The notes beneath the pieces are model-generated. The model was not told where the DNA came from. It saw only the letters and a list, made by a program, of their open reading frames with translations, and made no database searches. Shown here one piece after another: positions 57,901 to 64,000 of a stretch of 64,000 nucleotides of DNA (within the stretch, counting starts at the first letter, position 1; every line of letters starts with the position of its first letter). A program made the translations under genes and the position numbers. The stretch comes from Squalus acanthias (lineage: Eukaryota), in assembly GCA_030390025.1 (NCBI GenBank), contig JASTWF010000034.1, forward strand, positions 620,001-684,000. Reading direction: 5' to 3'.

Positions 57901-60900
57901 TGAAAAAGCCTGGGTAACTGGTCCTATCTCTTTAAAAGCCTGTGTGACTGGTCCTGTCTCTTCAAAAAGCCTGTGTGAATGCTCCTGTCTCTTCAAAAGC
58001 CTGTGTGACTGGACCTGTCTCTATAAAAAGCCTGTGTGACTGGTCCTGGCTCTTTAGAAAGCCTGTGTGAATGTTCCTGTCTCTTTAGAAAGCCTGTGTG
58101 ACTTGTCCTGGCTCTTTAGAAAGCCTATGTGAGTGGTTCTGTCTCTTTAGAAAGCCAGCGTGACTGATCCTTGCTTTTTAAAAAGCCTGTGTGACTGGTC
58201 CTGTCTCTTTAAAAAGCCTGTGTGACTGGTCCTGTCTCTTTTAAAAGCCTGTGTGAAATATCCTGTCTCTTCAAAAAGCCTGTGCGACTGTTCCTGTCTC
58301 TTCAAAAAGCCTGTGTGAGTGGTTTTGTCAATTTAGAAAGCCTGTGTGACTGGACCTGTCTCTTCAAAAAGCCCGTGTGACCGGTCCTGTCTCTTTAAAA
58401 AGCCAGTGTGAGTGGCCCTGTCTCTTTAGAAAGCCTGTGTGAGTGGTCCTGTCAATTTAGAAAGCCTGTGTGACTGGACCTGTCCCTTTAAAAAGCATGT
58501 GTGAGTGGTTCTGTCAGTTTAGAAAGCCTGTGTGACTGCTCCTGTCTCTTCAAAAAGCCTGTGTGACTGGTCCTGTCTCTTTTATAAGCATGTGTGACTG
58601 GTCCTGTCTCTTTTAAAGGCCTGTGTGAATGGTCCTGTATCATTAGAAAGCCTGTGTGACTGATCCTGGCTCTTTAGAAAGCCTGTGTGACTGGTCCTGG
58701 CTCGTTAGAAAGCCTGTGTGAATGATCGTGTCTCTTTAGAAAGCTTGTGTGACTGGTCCTGTCTCTTTAAAAAGCCTGTGTGACTGGTCCTGGCACTTTA
58801 GAAAGCCTGTGTGACTGGTCCTGGGTCTTTAGAAAGCCTGTGTCAATGTTCCTGTCTCTTTAGAAAGCCTGTGTGACTGGGTCTGTCTCTTTAGAAAGCC
58901 TGTGTGAATGGTTCTGTCTTTTTAGAAAGCCTGCGTGACTGAGCCTTGCTCTTTAAAAAGACAGTGCGACTGGTCCTGTCTCTTTAAAAAGCCTGTGTAG
59001 TTGGTCCAGTCTCTCTAAAAAGCCTGTGTGACTGGTCCTGTCTCTTTAAAAAGCCTGTGTGACTGGTCCTGTCTCTTTAAAAAGCCTGTGTGACTGGTCC
59101 TGTCTCTCTAAAAAGCCTGTGTGACTGGTCCTGTCTCTTTAAAAAGCCTGTGTGACTGGTCCTGTCTCTTTAGAAAGCCTGCGTGACTGCTCCTGTCTCT
59201 TTAAAAAGCACGTGTGAATTGTCCTGTCTCTTCAAAAAGCCTGTGTGACTGGTCGTGTCTCTTAAAAAAGGCTGTGTGACTCGTCCTGTCTCTTTAAAAC
59301 GCTAGTGTGACTGCTCCTGTCTCTTTAAAAAGTCTGTGTGAGTGGTTCTGTCAATTTAGAAAGACTGTGTGACTGGTCCTGTCTCTTTAAAAAGCCTGTG
59401 TGAGTGGCCCTGTCTCTTTAGAAAGCCTGTGCGACTGGTCCTGTCTCTATAGAAAGCCTGTGAGACTGGACCTGTGTCTTTAAAAAGCCTGTGTGACTGG
59501 ACCTGTCTCTTCAAAAAGCCTGTGTGACTCTTCCTGTCTCTTTGAAATGCCTGTGTGACTGGTCCTGTCTCTTTAAAAAGCCTGTGTGACTGGTCCTGTC
59601 TCTTTAAAAAGTCTGTGTGACTGGTCCTGTCTCTTCAAAAAGCCTGTGTGACTCTTCCTGTCTCTTCGAAAAGCCCGTGTGACTGGTATGTCTCTTTAAA
59701 AAGCTTGTGTGACTGGTCCTGTCTCTTTGAAAAGCCTGTGTGAATGGTCCTGTCTCTTTGAAAAGCCTGTGTGACTGGTCCTGTCTCTTTAAAAAGCCGT
59801 TGTGACTGGACCTGTCTCTTTAAAAAGCCGTTGTGACTGGTCCTGCCTCTTCACAAAGCCTGTGTGACAGGTCCTGTCTCTTTAAAAAGCCTGTGTGACT
59901 TTTCCTGTCTCTTCAAAAAGCCTGTGTGAGTGCCCCTGTCTCTTTAGAAAGCATGTGTGACTGTTCCTGGCTCTTTAAAAAGACATGGTGAGTGGCCATG
60001 TCTCTTTAGAAAGCCTGCGTGACTAGTCATGTCTCTTTATAAAGCATTTGTGACTGATTCTGTCTGTTTAAAAAGCCTGTGTGTGTGGTCCTGTCAATTT
60101 AGAATGCCTGTGTGACTGGTCCTGTCTCTTCAAAAAGCCTGTGTGACGGGTCCTGTCTCTTTAAAAAGCATGTGTGACTGGTCCTGTCTCTTCAAAAAGC
60201 CTGTCTGACTGGTCCTGTCTCTTTCAAAAGCCCGTGTGACTGGCCCTGTCTCTTTAAAAAGCCTGTGTGACTGGTCCTGTCTCTTCAAAAAGCCTGCGTG
60301 ACTGCTCCTGTCTCTTTAAAAAGCACGTGTGAATTGTCCTGTCTCTGCAAAAAGCCTATGTGACTGGTCGTGTCTCTTAAAAAAGGCTGTGTGACTCGTC
60401 CTGTCTCTTTAAAACGCTAGTGTGACTGCTCCTGTCTCTTTAAAAAGTCTGTGTGAGTGGTTCTGTCAATTTAGAAAGACTGTGTGACTGGTCCTGTCTC
60501 TTTAAAAAGCCTTTGTGACTGGTCCTGTCTCTTTAAAAAGCCTGTGTGAGTGGCCCTGTCTCTTGGAAAAGCCTGTGTGACTCTTCCTGTCTCTTTGAAA
60601 TGCCTGTGTGACTGGTCCTGTCTCTTTAAAAAGCCTGTGTGACTGGTCCTGTCTCTTTAAAAAGCCTGTGTGACTGGTCCTGTCTCTTCAAAAAGCCTGT
60701 GTGACTCTTCCTGTCTCTTCGAAAAGCCCGTGTGACTGGTCCTGTCTCTTTAAAAAGCTTGTGTGACTGGTCCTGTCTCTTTGAAAAGCCTGTGTGAATG
60801 GTCCTGTCTCTTTGAAAAGCCTGTGTGACTGGTCCTGTCTCTTTGAAAAGCCGTTGTGACTGGACCTGTCTCTTTAAAAAGCCGTTGTGACTGGTCCTGC

Positions 60901-63114
60901 CTCTTCACAAAGGCTGTGTGACAGGTCCTGTCTCTTTAAAAAGCCTGTGTGAGTGCCCCTGTCTCTTTAGAAAGCATGTGTGACTGTTCCTGGCTCTTTA
61001 AAAAGACAGTGTGAGTGGCCATGTCTCTTTAGAAAGCCTGCGTGACTAGTCATGTCTCTTTATAAAGCATTTGTGACTGATTCTGTCTGTTTAAAAAGCC
61101 TGTGTGAGTGGTCCTGTCAATTTAGAATGCCTGTGTGACTGGTCCTGTCTCTTCAAAAAGCCTGTGTGACGGGTCCTGTCTCTTTAAAAAGCATGTGTGA
61201 CTGGTCCTGTCTCTTCAAAAAGCCTGTCTGACTGGTCCTGTCTCTTTCAAAAGCCCGTGTGACTGGCCCTGTCTCTTTAAAAAGCCTGTGTGACTGGTCC
61301 TGTCTGTTCAAAAAGCCTATGTGAATCTTCCTGTCTCTTCGAAAAGCCTGTGTGACTGATCCTGTCTCTTTAAAAAGCCTGTGTGACTGGTCCTGTCTCT
61401 TTGAAAAGCATGTGTGAGTGGCCCTGTCTCTTTAGAAAGCCTGTGTGAGTGGTTCTGTCAATTTAGAAAGCCTGTGTGACTGGTCCTGTCTCTTCAAAAA
61501 GCCTGTGTGACTGGTCCTGTCTCTTCAAAAAGCCTGTGTGACTGGTCCTGTCTCTTGAAAAAGCATGTGTGACTGGTCTTGTCTCTTTAAAAAGCCTGTG
61601 TGAATGGTCCTGTCTCTTGGAAAAGCCTGTGTGACTGGTCCTGTCTCTTCAAAAAGCCTGTGTGACTCTTCCTGTCTCTTCGAAAAGCAAGTGTGACTGG
61701 TCCTGTCTCTTTGAAAAGCCTGTGTGACTGGTCCTGTCTCTTTGAAAAGCCTGTGTGACTGGTCCTGTCTCTTTGAAAAGCCTGTGTGAATGGTCCTGTC
61801 TCTTGGAAAAGCCTGTGTGAATGGTCCTGTCTCTTTAAAAATCCTATGTGACTGGTGCTGTCTCTTTCAAAAGCCTGTGTGAGTGGCCCTGTCTCTTTCG
61901 AAAGCCTTTGTGACTGGTCCTGTCTCTTTAAAAAAGCCTGTGTGACTGGTCCTGGCTCTTTAAAAAGCCAGTGTGAGTGGCCCTGTCTCTTTAGAAAGCC
62001 TGCGTGACTGGTCCTGTCTCTTTAAAAAGCCGTTGTGACTGGACCTGTCTCGTTAAAAAGTCGTTGTGACTGGTCCTGTCTCTTCAAAAAGCCTGTGTGA
62101 GTGGCCGTCTCTTCAAAAAGCCTGTGTGACTGGTCCTGTCTCTTTCAAAAGCCTGTGTGACTGGTCCTGTCTCTTTAAAAAGCCTGTGTGACTGGTGCTG
62201 TCTCTTCAAAAGCCAGTGTCAGTGGTCCTGTCTCTTTAAAAAGCCTGTGTCAGTGGCCCTGTCTCTTTAAACAGCCTGTGTGACTGGTCCTGTCTCTTCA
62301 AAAAGACTGTGTGACTGATCTTGTCTCTTCAAAAAGCCTGTGTGAAAAATTCTCTCTCTTCAAAAAGCCTGTGTGACTGGTCCTGTCTCTTCAAAAAGCC
62401 TGTGTGACTGGTCCTGTCTCTTTGAAAAGCCTGTGTGACTGGTCCTGTCTCTTTGAAAAGCCTGTGTGACTGGTCCTGTCTCTTCAAAAAGCCTGTGTGT
62501 CTGGTCCTGTCTCTTCAAAACGCCTGTGTGACTGGTCCTGTCTCTTTCAAAAGCCTGTGTGACATGTCCAGTCTCTCTAAAAAGCCTTTGTGAATGTTTT
62601 TTGTCACTGCCTGTGGCTCCGGCCCCTTGTTTAGGTGTTCATCGCATGTTATACAATTAATAGGAGTTGGAATGGATGTTTTTTTTTTTAAACAGGGGAC
62701 CATGGATTTTGGTGCCACAGGGGTGTTGATGGTGCAGGATTACTGAGACTATTTCTTTGACACTGAAGTGACTTCACTGAGTTACGGAGAAAGCTTTGCT
62801 GGAAAAGTAGTGTGAAGAATTGAAGTCCAAGGCCTAGAAACCCGTCATTGAGTGCAGTGGAACTGAATATCAGACGCTGCGTGTCACGGGCGCCCGATCC
62901 GATACCACCCGTTTAACCCACGCCCGAGACACATTTCTCGGCTCCTGTCAGTAGACATCGGCAAATATCAAATGTCACAGTGTGCTGGTGAATTGGACTA
63001 AGACTTTTCCTCTCAAAGGCTCGGCTTGAAACCATTCAGAGACATTTGTTATCATCCGAGACAGATTGCTCGAGGGGTGGGGAGATATAAGAGTTGTATC
63101 TAAAATTAATTACA

Positions 63115-63250
63115 AGCATTTCTGTCTCATCCGAAACTCTGCTGTCCGTGTCCTAACTCGCATCAAGTCCCGTTCATCCATCACCCCTGTGCTCGCTGAC
63201 CTACATTGGCTCCCGGTCCGGCAATGCTTTGATTTTATAATTATCATCCC
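63115..63250 (+). mobile_element. L2-clade LINE fragment
   Basis: LIRNSAVRVLTRIKSRSSITPVLADLHWLPVRQCFDF, the typical L2 ORF2 C-terminal LHWLP motif. Confidence 0.8.
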
Positions 63251-63497
63251 CGTGTTGAGCCCCAACACATTGCCAAGTGTCCAGTAAAGGATTTGCATCC
63301 CGAAAATGCCATACGTCACTTTGTTTAGTATTTAGTATTTTACCATAAGTATGTCTCATCCCCAGGGTCAAAGGTGAATTTCTACTATTTGCATCAAGGG
63401 GCACAGGGAGGGGGTAGAGTTCGGCTCGGACTGTCGCACAAAACACCATCATAACCAAGCTCCAACTTCATGTCACTCACCATCCAGGCTGGAACAA

Positions 63498-63889
63498 TTT
63501 TTTATTCATTCATGGGATGTGGGCGTCGCTGGCAAGGCCACATTTATTGCCCATTCCTAATTGCCCTTGAGAAGGTGGTGGGGAGACACTTATAAAACTA
63601 AATGGCTTGCTCGGCCATTTCAGAGGGCAGTTAAAAGTTAATCACATTGCTCTGGGTCTGGAGTCACATTTCGGCCAGACTGGGTAAGGACGGCAGATTT
63701 CCTTCCCAGATAGGTTTTTATAAAAATCCTGTAGTTTCATGGTCACCATTCTTGATATTAGCTTTTCATTCCAGATTTGTTTAATTAATTGAATTTAAAT
63801 TCCCCAGCTGGTGGGACTTGAACTCTGGATCATTTGTCCAGTCATCTGGTTTACTAGTCCAGCAACATTACCACTATGCTTCCGTACCC
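63498..63889 (-). mobile_element. tRNA-derived SINE with LINE-derived tail (same family as 15788-16171)
   Basis: The reverse complement begins GGGTACGGAAGCATAGTGGTAATGTTGCTGGACTAG and ends ...CCCACATCCCATGAATGAATAAAAAA. Confidence 0.8.
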
Positions 63890-64000
63890 TTCAAATATAT
63901 CGCCGTTCCTTCATCGTCACTGGGTCAAAAGCCTGACATTCCTTCCATAATAGTATTGTGGGAGCACCTTCACCACAGGGGCTGCAGTGGCTCAATTTGA
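63890..64000 (+). mobile_element. LINE 3' fragment abutting the SINE head (counterpart of 15690-15787)
   Basis: ATCGCCGTTCCTTCATCGTCACTGGGTCAAAA...GTGGGAGCACCTTCACCACAGGGGCTGCAG. Confidence 0.72.

Larger units (their letters stand above)
40775..62600. repeat. 22-kb 31-bp satellite, unit AAAAAGCCTGTGTGACTGGTCCTGTCTCTTT (~630 copies), with higher-order blocks, interrupted by a CR1
   Basis: Period of 31 (40801 to 40832). Variant markers recur at kb scale. Confidence 0.97.

Noticed and set aside
40775..62600. CRISPR-like appearance of ~30-bp repeats
   Set aside because: Units are head-to-tail with no unique spacers, there are no cas genes, and the context is vertebrate.

Overview
Repeat-dense vertebrate genomic DNA, most likely from a cartilaginous fish (inferred from the CR1/L2/RTE LINE, DeuSINE-type, Penelope-like and Harbinger content and the GPR139-like gene type). 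About two thirds of the window is tandem repeat: a 31-bp CpG-rich array (1.9-3.8 kb), a 67-bp array (3.8-9.9 kb), a ~32-bp array (10.5-15.3 kb), a 14-kb GC-rich 27-bp array (16.5-30.6 kb), short 54-bp and 51-bp arrays, and a 22-kb 31-bp array (40.8-62.6 kb). The last array contains a young 5'-truncated CR1 with an uninterrupted 651-codon ORF. The only host gene I can support is a two-exon, minus-strand GPR139/GPR142-like class A GPCR (exon 1 ~35771-35861, exon 2 30693-31594). It has two opposite 1-bp frameshifts, so it is a probable pseudogene. Its intron holds a decayed Harbinger transposon, and NF-kB, CRE-like and TATA-like motifs lie just upstream. The most striking observation is the 27-bp array. 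Its unit carries the YY1 consensus (GCCGCCATCTTT), it begins ~60 bp after the GPCR stop codon, and it runs at the far end into what looks like a CpG-island first exon with a perfect GAG|GTGAGT donor. This suggests a YY1/start-codon element amplified ~500-fold. Nearly all long ORFs in the supplied track are artefacts of stop-free repeat units.
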